A stretch of 56,790 nt of DNA, counting the filler, from Streblomastix strix (Eukaryota), in the NCBI GenBank assembly GCA_008636045.1. It is 2 parts of 2 records of this genome, joined end to end, with 100 filler letters (N's around TTAATTAATTAA, not from the genome) between each part and the next. Parts side by side here need not be neighbours in the genome. Positions count along the whole stretch, not along the records: positions 1 to 28,364 come from SNRW01000125.1; 1 more part is not named here. One strand, 5' to 3'. The translations under genes were made by a program, and so were the position numbers. Positions 1 through 11,170 of the stretch are shown one piece after another; the first letter of the stretch is position 1, and the number at the start of each line of letters is the position of its first letter. The notes beneath the pieces were generated by a model. The model was given only the letters and a program-made list of their open reading frames with translations, was not told the DNA's origin and did not search any database.

Positions 1-1068
1 TTTTTTATTTTTTTCTTTTAACAACGAAATTACTGTTTCATATTGATTTTAATGTATAAATAAATAAAATAATAATTGTTACAAAGTAAAATTAATACAA
101 AATTCTTAATTTTATTATATTCAAATATCATCGAATTATTAAAAATTCAATTTCTGAACCAATAACAGGGCCTATATAAGTAAATATATAATAAATAAAT
201 ATATTAAAAGGCAAGAAAATGTTTAGTCAAGGATAAGTTTCAAAAATCAATCTTATTTTTTCAGGCCGTTTAAATACATCGCTCCAGCTATGGGTGTCCG
301 GGCCTAAAATGCTGTCCGGTCCTAATATGCGGCACTGTAATTCTTTTAAATTTAAATGTAAATAAATATAATTTACATGAATAATTTAATATAAAGATTA
401 GTTATTAGAAAATGAAAACTAAATTGGTTTATTTAATTTTAATTTTTCATTATTTGATAATTTTCTATTTTTTGTTAAATTTAATTTTTTTAATCTAAAT
501 AATTTACCAAATTACATGATAATAAACTTAATTTGTAGAAATATATTTAAGCTAAATTAATCAATTATTTTTCTATGAATTAGTTTACAGGAATTGAACT
601 AAAAATTTTTATAATAATTATTTTTTATAAATAATAGAATTAAAATGAATTAAATATAATTTGAATTTATTATTAAAAATTTTATTTAATGATTTTTATT
701 CTTTTTCTTTTTATTTATATGAATTTAAATACAGCTATGATATTTTTAGAATTTTTTTAAAAAATATTCAATTTTTTCTTTAAAAAAAATGTGAATTATC
801 TTAATTTACACTTGCAAATTTTTTCATCAATCGGTGCGCCAATTTGCTAAATTTTACCGTTTTAAAAAACAAAAAAATAAAATAATCAAAATTTAGATAA
901 TAAGTTAAATATTTTATCAATATAAAATTTGTAGGAAAAATAATTAATTTGGAAATTATATGTTAAAAAAGTTCACGAGAAATTTTTTTAATGCTTTAAA
1001 AATTGAATAAAACATTATATTTTTCAATATTTTATGTTAAAAACAATGAAAAAATAGTTATTTAATTA

Positions 1069-2006
1069 TTTATTGAAATTTTTGTTATATTTTATATATT
1101 ATTTTTCATAGAACAGAAAATTAATCAACAATCAATTATAATAAATTACCATTATAACATAATGCTAGATCTTAGCTAATCGGATCACTTAATTTTATTA
1201 ATACTTAAATGATATACTGTAGAATTCGGCTAATTCGTAGGGTGACTTTTTCTGAAAATGTGAATCAGAATAAAACCTAATTCGTATTTGCTATTTAATT
1301 TTAAAACATTTTTCAACAAATATCTTTTTCTCGAATGATTTTTCAAAATAAATATTCGAATTTAGCGGAGATATGAATTAAACTGCGTACGAATTAACCG
1401 AGTTCTACTGCATTTAAACAACTAAGGATCAAAAAAAATTATTTTTTTGATTTCGAATGCTAGGAAATTTTAAAATAATTTTGATTAAAATCAGGAAGCT
1501 TTTCATAATATCATTTATTTTATAAATAGATATTTAAATATTTTATCTAATAATTAGTCAATTTATTTACACCTTTTATTATTTTTTTACTTATTTTGAT
1601 TATAAGTAAATATATGATAAATTTAATGGGCATGGGCTTCACCCGTAGGACCCCTGACAGGGGAGAAATGCTCCCTCTTGACCCCCCCAATTCTAGGGGG
1701 AGCAAAACTCCCCCTAGGACCCCCACACCTCGACGTAAAAATTTTTTAACCCATTTTAGGAGCTTTTTTTATGATTTTAATCAAAATTGGCATTTTAAAA
1801 TTCGCCGCATACGAAATCCCAAAAAAAGAAGGTATTTTTTGATCCTTATTTGTTTAAATATATCAATAAAATATCAATAAAAATAAGTGTTCAGAATATC
1901 TAAGATCAACCATTATGTCATATTGGAGAAATATTAGTGTTGATTGTTGATTAAATTATTGTTTTATAAGAAAATTTATTAAATTTAACAAAAATTTCAA
2001 TAAGTA
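1069..2006. mobile_element. Diverged foldback (long inverted repeat) non-autonomous element with GC-rich core
   Basis: 1069-1500 (minus the 1217-1410 insert) aligns by eye with the reverse complement of 1761-2006, e.g. TTATTGAAATTTTTGTTA, TTAATCAACAATCAA, TTTAAACAA.TAAGGATCAAAAAA and ATTTTGATTAAAATCA. A GC-rich hairpin cluster lies between the arms at 1629-1735. Confidence 0.7.
1217..1410. mobile_element. MITE (~194 bp) with Tc1/mariner-pogo-like TIRs
   Basis: Left end CTGTAGAATTCGGCTAATTCGTA matches the reverse complement of the right end CAGTAGAACTCGGTTAATTCGTA. It is flanked by TA on the left and CA (a probably mutated TA) on the right, and is absent from the partner arm of the foldback. 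Confidence 0.75.
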
Positions 2007-2778
2007 TGTCAAAAATATAGATATCATTTTTTAAAAAACTACAATACTAAGCGAAAAACGAATTTAATATAATATTTATAAGCAAAATTAACTAATAAAT
2101 CAAAAAGCAATAGTAATTTGTTTTAAATCTAAACAATTGAAATTAAATTAAGAGTAGAAAATGAAAAATTAAAAAAAATTGAAAAAAGTGCAAAACAAAA
2201 TTAATTGTAATGTTTATGAAATAAACTAATTTTAAAGATAGAAATAAAATGAAATATTAAAATAACTATAAAATTATACTAATTTTAGATGTAATAAATA
2301 GAAATTGGAATGTGAATTTCAAAATCAACCCTAAAAAACTCATATCAAATAAAAACCAACCTTAATTTCTCAATATTAATATAAAATATTATTGTTAATA
2401 TAAATATTAAATTATGTCAGGGTTGAAATCTTCAATTCAAAGAAATATATAAAATTGTTTAAAAGTGATGATAATGAGTGAGATACTTTTTAAAACTAAT
2501 TAAGAGTATAAATTTAGAACAATATTATTATATATACTACAAAATTACGTAAAATGATTCAGATTTTGTGAATAAAAAACGAGATACTAACTTTTGAGAA
2601 AAATAATTCATCTTTCGATAATTCAGATTCTTAAATAATAAATCAATCATAGTTAAGAATTAAAAACAATTTAAAATTTGCAAAAATGATTAGTATTTAT
2701 TTAATTCAATTAATTCACATATTTTGGAATTTATAAAGAAAATATGAAATGAAGAGAAATAATATCAACAATATTAAA

Positions 2779-3780
2779 TCACATTACAATGCAACCTTAA
2801 CATTTATCCTTCTTCTGATTCTAATTTGGATTTGAATTTGAATTCTATCTTCTAAATTCAATATTATTATTCATATTTATATTATTTCCATCATTTATCT
2901 TATTCTAATTCCATTCTTCATAATTCTCTCTTTGCACATTGCCTCTTTTTCTGTATTTCTGATCATATTCATATTAATTCATTTATTATTGATTGGGTGG
3001 TTATTGGAATTATAATTATTGATATTATTGATATTATTATTATTGATTGATTATTTATTATTATTGATGTTAATAATGTTGTGGTTATTGAAGTTATTAT
3101 TATTATAGTTGTTGATATAATTATTATTATTATTATTATTATACATTTATTGGTTATTATGGTTAATCTTATTGAAATGTTGACATATAATTATTTAATA
3201 TATCATTCTATTATTATCCAACATTAATGTTTTCTTTGTTATTTATCATTTTTTATTTTAATTATTATTTCTCGTTTTCTTATTATTTATCTTATTATTA
3301 TTTATCTTAATATTATTATTTATTCATCTTTTTCTTCTTCTCTTTTCCATATTATTCAGCTAATTTCCTCTTCTATTGCCAATTATCATTCAATCTTTCT
3401 TATTTAATCTTCATCCTTTCATAAAATTACGAATTTGCATCAATTAGTTATAACCAATGTTATTATTATTATTATCCATTATTACTTTAATTATAATTAT
3501 TATTAAATTAAATAGAATTAGGAAGATTCTATCCTACAGATAATATCTGATATTATTATCTAATTGGATATTTAGAATACCAAGGTGAGCCATATTATGA
3601 TTAATGATTATATTCTGGAGGTGGAAGTCTTCTTATTTGACACCAATCGTGGATTTCAGAAGGTGATGGTTGACAATGAGCTTGTTTATTGGAGTCAAGC
3701 ACGAAATCTTTATCAAAGTCTATCAGGGTTTGTTCAGAGGTGTGAACATCTGCAAAGAGCCTGGAAGTGGGATTAATGGG
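2779..3780 (-). CDS. Terminal exon of a Gln/Asn-rich protein ending in a CaaX motif (upstream exons not found)
   Basis: Open for 334 codons in code 6 (PINPTSRLFADVHTSEQTLIDF...NQKKDKCQGCIVM-TGA), preceded by an AT-rich intron-like tract at 3781-3930. Confidence 0.65.
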
Positions 3781-3929
3781 TATATATATATTATGTATAT
3801 AATATATTAATGAATATATGTATTATGTATTAATTAATATATATAATAATAAATAATGTAATAAAAAAATTAGTTATTAATAAATAATAAATAATTGGTA
3901 TTTATTAATTATATTCATATTAATTTGAA

Positions 3930-4288
3930 TGATAATGAGATAATTCTTAATGTAATTATCGATTCTATTCTTATATCTCATCATAGTAGACATCCACTTA
4001 TTATTACTCTTATTCTCTACGATATTCTTATAAATCTTAATCGTATTGATTCTATTTGAAATGTTTAGTCATATCTCTTGCCTTAAGAATTTATTGATTG
4101 TATTAATATATCTATTTTAGATATGTCTGCAAATCATTGTAGTTATTTCTTCCTTTTTTCTTATTATCATTCTTGTTTAAATATTGATTGAGTTGTTCTT
4201 TAAGTTAATTTACTTTTAATGAATTATTGACGTTTTTGTTGTTGATTTTGAGTAATTTGATTAGATTCGCTTTCTTTATGTAAGACAT
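3930..4288 (-). pseudogene. Truncated viral ORF (MSYIKKANLIKLLKINNKNVNNSLKVNQLKEQL...), function unknown
   Basis: ATG at 4288 preceded by the TTATTTTT motif. The frame runs into the AT-rich intron-like tract without a proper end. Confidence 0.5.
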
Positions 4289-4322
4289 TTTGTTTAAAAT
4301 AAAAATAATTTATTTAGACAGG

Positions 4323-5789
4323 TCATTAAAATTGTATCTCGAGAAGTAAATTATTATACATATCCATATATTACATCGGTATCTTCCTTCCAAAATTGTC
4401 ATATAATGTGAAAACTAACGATTTGTTCTATCCCACAAGACATTACTGACTCATCATATTTTATCCCCATAATACTGGTGCATCAACCAAATTCTATTTA
4501 AAGCATACGTTAAAGAATCCATTACCTCCTATTGATTAAAGAGTTATTCCTTATAATTAATTAGATACGCAAATTATCAGCATTTATGGATATTCTAGAA
4601 AATTCCCGATATATGGACAGAATATTGGAAGATCAACTTCTAAACTTTAATTATTATATTTAGTTTAATAGAACAAAACATCTAGATAAATCTATTTAAT
4701 AGCTGATGATAAATTAACTAATTAATTGGCTCCATTTTCGTTCTATCCATCATATAGATCTTATCCACCAACTAGTTGTACATATAGATTTGGAGATAAA
4801 AGTATACGATTAGCGAACCAATAAGCGCTATTTTATTCACAATAATCAGTTAGAACTTCAGGTACAAATTATCCAAAATAATTAGTTCCTCCAACAGCTG
4901 TATAAATACTTTCCCATTCTTTAATACAAAGTGCAGGTATAGAACAGATTAGTCTCACAGGAAATGTGTTTATGTTATTAATGATTTATTACATTGTTAA
5001 TTGTTATACTTTCACTGGTTATATGTCAGTTGTTGTAAATGTTCCATTAGGATTTACATCAACTTATTTACCAAATATGTATCGTACTGATAAACCATGT
5101 CCTGTAAAATTCTTTGGTTCAACAGTAGTAATGTAATTATTTGATGTTGGACAATATAATCGTATTAATCCAATCATCCGATATGCACAATTAACTGTTG
5201 TGTCAAATATCCAATAATGGTAGAGAAACGCATCATTTCTAAAGTTAATGTAATTGATTGCAGAATTCACTAAATCTTATCCATAATTCTAGTTTAATAA
5301 GAACATATTGTTCTATAATTTTTAAACATGCTCGTTAGTTGCATTATTAAAACATATTGCCCCACTATTCAAAGTTGATTATGTCCTAAAATATTTCTCA
5401 ACCGAATCAGCGAAGTTATATAATGTAATAAGTGTTTAGTAAAGTAGTACAGGCTAAAATTTATATTCTTATAACGTTTAATCACTTGTATAAGCATTAT
5501 TAACTGCTGTGTTCAAACTAACCTGAATTGGTGGTAATTATTCCTATAATACACATTCAAATTAATTTTCACCAATTTGATTTTAGTAAAATATTTTTCT
5601 ATCATTTGTTGATACTATATTATGCTATATTTCTATATAATCATTGTTCAAATAGTATGTTAAATTAATTGGAATGTTATTGATGCTATTAACCTAAAAG
5701 CTTTAACTTCCACTAGGGATAGTCGTTTGCCATGTAACATAATCCTTATCCGAATCTGAGTTGATAATTTGTAAACCTGTGCTAGTCAT
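4323..5789 (-). CDS. Minor capsid (penton)-like protein, 488 aa
   Basis: Uninterrupted in code 6. The C-terminus SLVFTLYDNFGRKIPMQYMDMYNNLLLEIQFQ resembles the '(I/L)xD..G..I...LxLxF' end of Polinton/virophage single jelly-roll pentons. Confidence 0.65.
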
Positions 5790-5841
5790 TTCATTGAAAC
5801 AAAAATAAATCCAAAGGATACAGCATCAAAGATGATAAACC

Positions 5842-6066
5842 TCACGCTCTTTCATTTAAATACTATATCAATTTCATAACTGCTGATTAGCTGTTCTCTG
5901 AAGCTATTTATACAATTTCTTTCAACTTTTCCATCTTAAGACGTTTATTATATTATCTTAATATAAATCTCAATTCTATCTCTGGTTCACTCTTTGTTGC
6001 TCGTGATATAAGTTAGCTCAAAAACGCTGAATAAGTCATAAACTCTTCATAATTTATTTTAACCAT
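5842..6066 (-). CDS. Small viral hypothetical protein, 74 aa
   Basis: MVKINYEEFMTYSAFLSQLISRATKSEPEIELRFILRQYNKRLKMEKLKEIV...NERA-TGA, with TTATTTTT upstream. Confidence 0.65.
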
Positions 6067-6228
6067 ACTTTTAATCAAGAAAAATAATTTCATTTTAACA
6101 AAGTAATTATTAACAAAATGCTTGAAATGATAATTAACATGTCCAAGAAACAGTTTGGATTATGTTTATTGAGTTATTATTTTGTTTCCATTTGTTTATT
6201 ACTAAAATATTAATTAACAGTAATTAAA

Positions 6229-6914
6229 ATGTCAAAACGTAAAACTTAAAAAGGTAAAACAGTTGATACAAAACGACCCAAAGGACGATCTAAGAATAAA
6301 CCAACTGCAAATAATGTAAACGAATATATGTAATTAAAGAAACCTTTTACACATTTAGGATAAACTGTGGAACAAATTAACAGGTAATATTAGCGAATGG
6401 AGATGTTAAACCATTATCTGAGTTCAGTGGAGGAGGACGTGATATGAGTAATTATGTATAGAAAACAGGTGCAGACATATAAGTTGTTAATGGAATATTA
6501 AGAAAGGGAGAAGAAGAAGAAGAGGAATCGGAAGATGATGATGATTATATAACAAGAGGTGAATATAATATTAAAACAAATAACGTTATTACATCAAAAT
6601 TCTTTAATTTCTATCAAGTATTAACTCCACTAGTAATGTTTGCGGGATATACAGCAACATAATCAAGTTTAATAAAAATAAATAATCAACTATACTTCTT
6701 TTACTTAGTTGTTAAGCCAGATGTTACAATATAAGCTTATCAAGGTCGTGACATCTGTACAGTTAATCCACCACCATTATACACAATATTCCGTGCATTG
6801 AATAGTGATCACTTAGCTATGTTTTTAGATGATGAATACGTACATTTCACCACATAAGCTACAGTATGGACCTACAATTCTAATGTTGTAATTAATACAT
6901 TTTGGGTAAAATGA
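6229..6914 (+). pseudogene. Fibre-like viral protein, frameshifted or internally deleted near 6380
   Basis: Basic N-terminus MSKRKTQKGKTVDTKRPKGRSKNK. A second frame gives QVILANGDVKPLSEFSGGG, an acidic tract EEEEEESEDDDD and a beta-rich C-terminal domain ending INTFWVK-TGA. Confidence 0.55.
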
Positions 6915-6954
6915 AGCAATCAAGCATCTAAGTTGTTTATTTTTGAACTATAAA

Positions 6955-8571
6955 ATGAGCAATGTATACATAGATGAAGCATTATTAGATGCCGCAGGAC
7001 TATCAGAATTCCCAGAATTATACGTTTATATCCATGAGCTTGAGCCTAAACCAATTGCTGATGAAATAGCTAATCAAATCATTGTTGGACCTCAATGCCT
7101 TCAGGATTAAGTGAAAGATAATGATGATAAATTAAATGTATTACCAATTCCATAACCTAGTGTACCTGTTGAAATACCACAAGTTCAAATATTTAAAATT
7201 CCTAAGAGCTAATTTGCACCTAATGTTTAAATGTATTATCCTGCTGATGAATACTTCTATTTCTATATGCTGAGAAACAAAGTAGTATATAACATTGGAC
7301 TGTATCTAAGCAATGATTTCATGGATTTTGTGTTCACTAACTTACTTGAAGAATTGTGGCCATTTAGCAAACACGCATTAGTATTAGGAGATGATGTAGG
7401 GCAAAAACAGAATGTAATGGGTTATATTAGTGAAAAAGGATTCTATTTAGGTGTGTCAATTGGAAGCGTCGATTAAGTTACATCAATTAAAGGTAATACT
7501 CATATTGCTATTGCAGGCGTTTATTATACGGATTATGAACCTTTAAAAAGAGCAACTACTGATATGAATGGTGATGGAAAGATTAATATTGTAGATGATT
7601 GGTATGTCAATTCTATCATTGATGGAATGAAGTCAGTGTCATGGGTATAAGATGCTGTATAAAAATAGACGGAAGTGATAGATGATGGAGTTCAACCATA
7701 AGATCCAAGTATGCCTATCTCACTCTCTAACTATTTCAATAACAATACTAAATTAGTGAATAATAATACATTCGGTCCAGTAAGAGCAGCATATTTTGTT
7801 AAAGAGGGACTAATATGCACATTTAATTTCCAAGCTGAAGTTAGTAGTTAGCATGTAAATAATATATTCAAAGTATTTTAAAAAATAGATTCTTATTTAT
7901 AACCTAGATTAACTAAATTCTTCCCAAAAAAGACCTCCTATACATCATTCGCTGGCATGATATAGATTAATGGAAATGACACTCCAGTTGTTATCGTGAA
8001 TTAGGTATCTGGATTCAATCCTATGGACTTATGTGACTTTAGTGGAAGTTATTTAATTGGTCCACAGCCATAAGAATCAAATTAGAATAATTTAACATCA
8101 AATGGAGAACCAATATCTCATATAGATAGTGTAATTATGTATCATGATACCCTTCCTTCAGTTTCAATTCCACCATCAGTATTTCCATAATATGCAGTAA
8201 CGGAAGTGTCAAGAAATTAATTACCTGTATTAGCCTATTCTCCATATGACTTAGATGCATTTAAAATTTATATAATTGATGACAGTGTTAATAAATTAGT
8301 AATGTTTAATATGCACTTGAGATAAAAAGGATTTATTGAGAGTAAACAGTATCTACTTAGTATGAGTGAGTCAATAGATCCAAAAAGAACGTTATTGTTT
8401 CCTGTTATGATATTATATGATTTCAGCTCTGATCCAATTTAAGATATTCCTTCCGCATATCTCACAGTTGGTGATACAGATAATACTATTCGCTAGTATA
8501 TTCATATATCATCAGAATTAAAAGCTGATAAGTTTGTTAATTATTATATCAGTGGCTGTTACTTCATTTGA
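6955..8571 (+). CDS. Viral protein, 538 aa, with three tandem beta-rich (receptor-binding-like) domains and a dockerin/EF-hand-like motif
   Basis: Open in code 6 from ATG 6955 to TGA 8571. Segments end AIAGVYY, DFSGSYL and YISGCYF; DMNGDGKINIVD lies at 7561-7596. Confidence 0.7.
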
Positions 8572-8628
8572 ATAAATTGTTATTTAATTCGAATCAGCAT
8601 TTAAAGATGTTTATTTTTCGTAAATGAA

Positions 8629-9038
8629 ATGGCAAGAATCTTTCATAAAATCAAATTGATTGCACGAAAAGTTTGTGAATTAGCTAATTGGGCAAACTAT
8701 CATATATATAAACCGATCAAACCATTTATTAACGCATTAGCACCTGCTATAGTGAGTAAAGAATTATAAGTTGCGTCAAGTGGTTTAGATTTAATATATC
8801 AAAATAATGGTTAAGACAGAGTGACGAACTTGATAAATTTTAGAAATGATGTGTGGGTAATTTTATTGATGAGCCTAGAGTGAGATAGTCAATTGAAAAT
8901 AACAGATACATAAGACTTAATCCGAATGTCTCAAGAAATATAAATAGAAGCTTGGGTACTCATATCACAATTCCAAGTAATTAAACTGTTAATGGAACAC
9001 AATATAGTTTTCAAGAAGTTAGAGAAGAAGAAAATTGA
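8629..9038 (+). pseudogene. Small amphipathic/basic virion protein, probably frameshifted near 8850
   Basis: MARIFHKIKLIARKVCELANWANYHIYKPIKPFINALAPAIVSK... stops at 8883, while an overlapping frame continues NFIDEPRVRQSIENNRY...REEEN-TGA to 9038. Confidence 0.5.
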
Positions 9039-9102
9039 AAATATTTCGTTTCAAAGTTTAACTTACTGCATATGATTAGTTTATTTTTGCTTCAAATAAA
9101 AC

Positions 9103-10814
9103 ATGAACCGCTTTCTCAAAAACTCATTACATTTGCAATAACTCGGAACTATCGAATCAACATTAAAAAGTAATTATGTTGATGCATTTAGAAATGATGG
9201 TGAGCACCTTTAATCAATCAAAGAAATCAAACCAGAGAGCTAAATGCCTGCATTATTTGATAAAGAAATTTTAATTAGTTAATCTGATTCAGATCATGAT
9301 GTAATATAAATTTAGAATTCATTCCTTTCAATAGTATTTACGGCTAATGTACAGTTTGATAACAAATTTGAAGGATTTGAAGAATCTTATAAAGATGGAA
9401 CTGATTTGTTCATTGGATTAAAATCAGCTAGTTAAGTTATAAGAAAATAAACTATTTATCAAAGAGGTAGAACTATAAATGGAACATTGTATAATGACTT
9501 AACTATTGAATAATTTATCTATAACGCTGATAACCCACGGAGTGAGAAAAATAATAGAAAACACATTCATTCACTGTATCAAAATATACACAAATATGAT
9601 ACATCAGCTTGTGGTACATATGTAACAAAAAGAGAGATAGAAGATGCAATTAAAGACTAACTGAGTATTCCATACACGATGCCTATAAGATTTAGATTAT
9701 TTACTCCATTATATGATATCTAATGTTCAGTGGTTTCACTGACTATCCGAATTCACTATTCGGTGATCTTAAAATTAAATTTTAAATTAATTCCAATGCG
9801 TTCGAATTTGCATAAGTGAATCCAATAATTTCTATGGCTAAATACTACATTATGAATAAGACTGATCTTATGGCTTGCGGACCAGATAAACTTAAGAACA
9901 CTAATTTAATCTTTAGATATTGGAGTTTTGGATATAAATATACAAAATAATTTACTCAAATGAGTTATATAGCAGATTTCATTACAGAAATAAGCAAAGA
10001 AAAAACAACAGGTAATGGAATGAAAAATTTGATGTGCAATATTTCTCCAGTAATATTATCAGTAACGAATGATGTAGTAACTGAAGTAACAGCAAATATG
10101 AGTGGTAATAAAGCAATAGATGAATGTTTATAAAGAGTACGTGAATTCTATTGAAATAGACCATTTGTTGTACCTTCACAGAGAGTTGAAGCATGGTCAT
10201 CTCCAAAAAATGCAACTTTAATAGGAATTTAAATTTCATAAAAAAATATATTATCTCATGTAACTAATTTATACCTGTAGTTTCCTAAAGAAGCAAGAAT
10301 CACAACTTATTTTGAGAACTTATGTTATCTTAATGTTAAAATTACAACGTGCGGTTAAAATTTCCCTAATATGCGTATGAACACACTAGATTAATAATTC
10401 TTCTAAATGTAATTGAATATCAGTAATTTGGATTTGTTATTCGAAGCAATTGATGAATTTGAAGATGCTTTGACAGCACCAAGAGGCACCGCTTCAAGAG
10501 GATTAATTCCTTATAATGATCCGACTTCATCTATGATTAAATTTCAGTATGAAAAAAATTGTAGTGGTGCACTTATTTTTGATGGATTAAATACTCAGAA
10601 TTAAAATAGGTCAGTAAAGTTAGTTGGAGCACCAGTTTGTAAAGGTGAAACTGAATGTTATTATAATGTTGATTTAATGGACAAAAGACAACCTCCACCA
10701 ATTCGGCGCCAAATTCATGACATATTCTTGTAGATTGGATTTGCAAATTGTGATTCATGTATTTATGATACCATTAACGCATTTTATGAAGCTGTAAGTT
10801 AGATTGAAGAATGA
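9103..10814 (+). pseudogene. Double jelly-roll major capsid protein of Maverick/Polinton-like type (resembles Trichomonas Maverick MCPs), disrupted
   Basis: Motifs LFIGLKSASQVIR..TIYQRGRTINGTL, SEKNNRKHIHSLYQNIHKYDTSACGTY, FTDYPNSLFGDLKIKF, RPFVVPSQRVE, FPKEARITTYFEN and LIFDGLNT. Frameshift near 9720, in-frame TGA at 10152 and frameshift near 10675. Confidence 0.75.
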
Positions 10815-10840
10815 AAGTGAAAGTTATTTTTGAATATATA

Positions 10841-11170
10841 ATGATATCATAACATTACAGAAAACGTATGATATTACTTTAAAATTCAACTAAGTAGACA
10901 GATGAAGTTATGAATTAATTTTCATTTGCAGCAGAAGTTGTGACATCGAAAAATAATTGAAAAATAATATTTGTATAATATAGAACAAATATAACTTTAA
11001 TTGGTTAAGATCTTTATTTGCATGCTTCTTTTGTGTAAGAAAAATAAATAAACGATTAGTATGTTAGCTGATATGATGAATAAAGTTTTGATATACTTTT
11101 TCGCCAATCAAATCATGATATATATAATTTTGATTTAAGAATATGGGTGTTTCCATACCATAACTGCATG
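10841..11170 (+). pseudogene. Degraded second minor-capsid-like gene
   Basis: ATG after TTATTTTT; contains DLYLHASFV...YV...LRIW and in-frame TGAs; directly follows the MCP. Confidence 0.4.

Noticed and set aside
1596..1880. 94-aa ORF from the track
   Set aside because: It spans the hairpin core and arm of a foldback repeat and shows no protein-like features.
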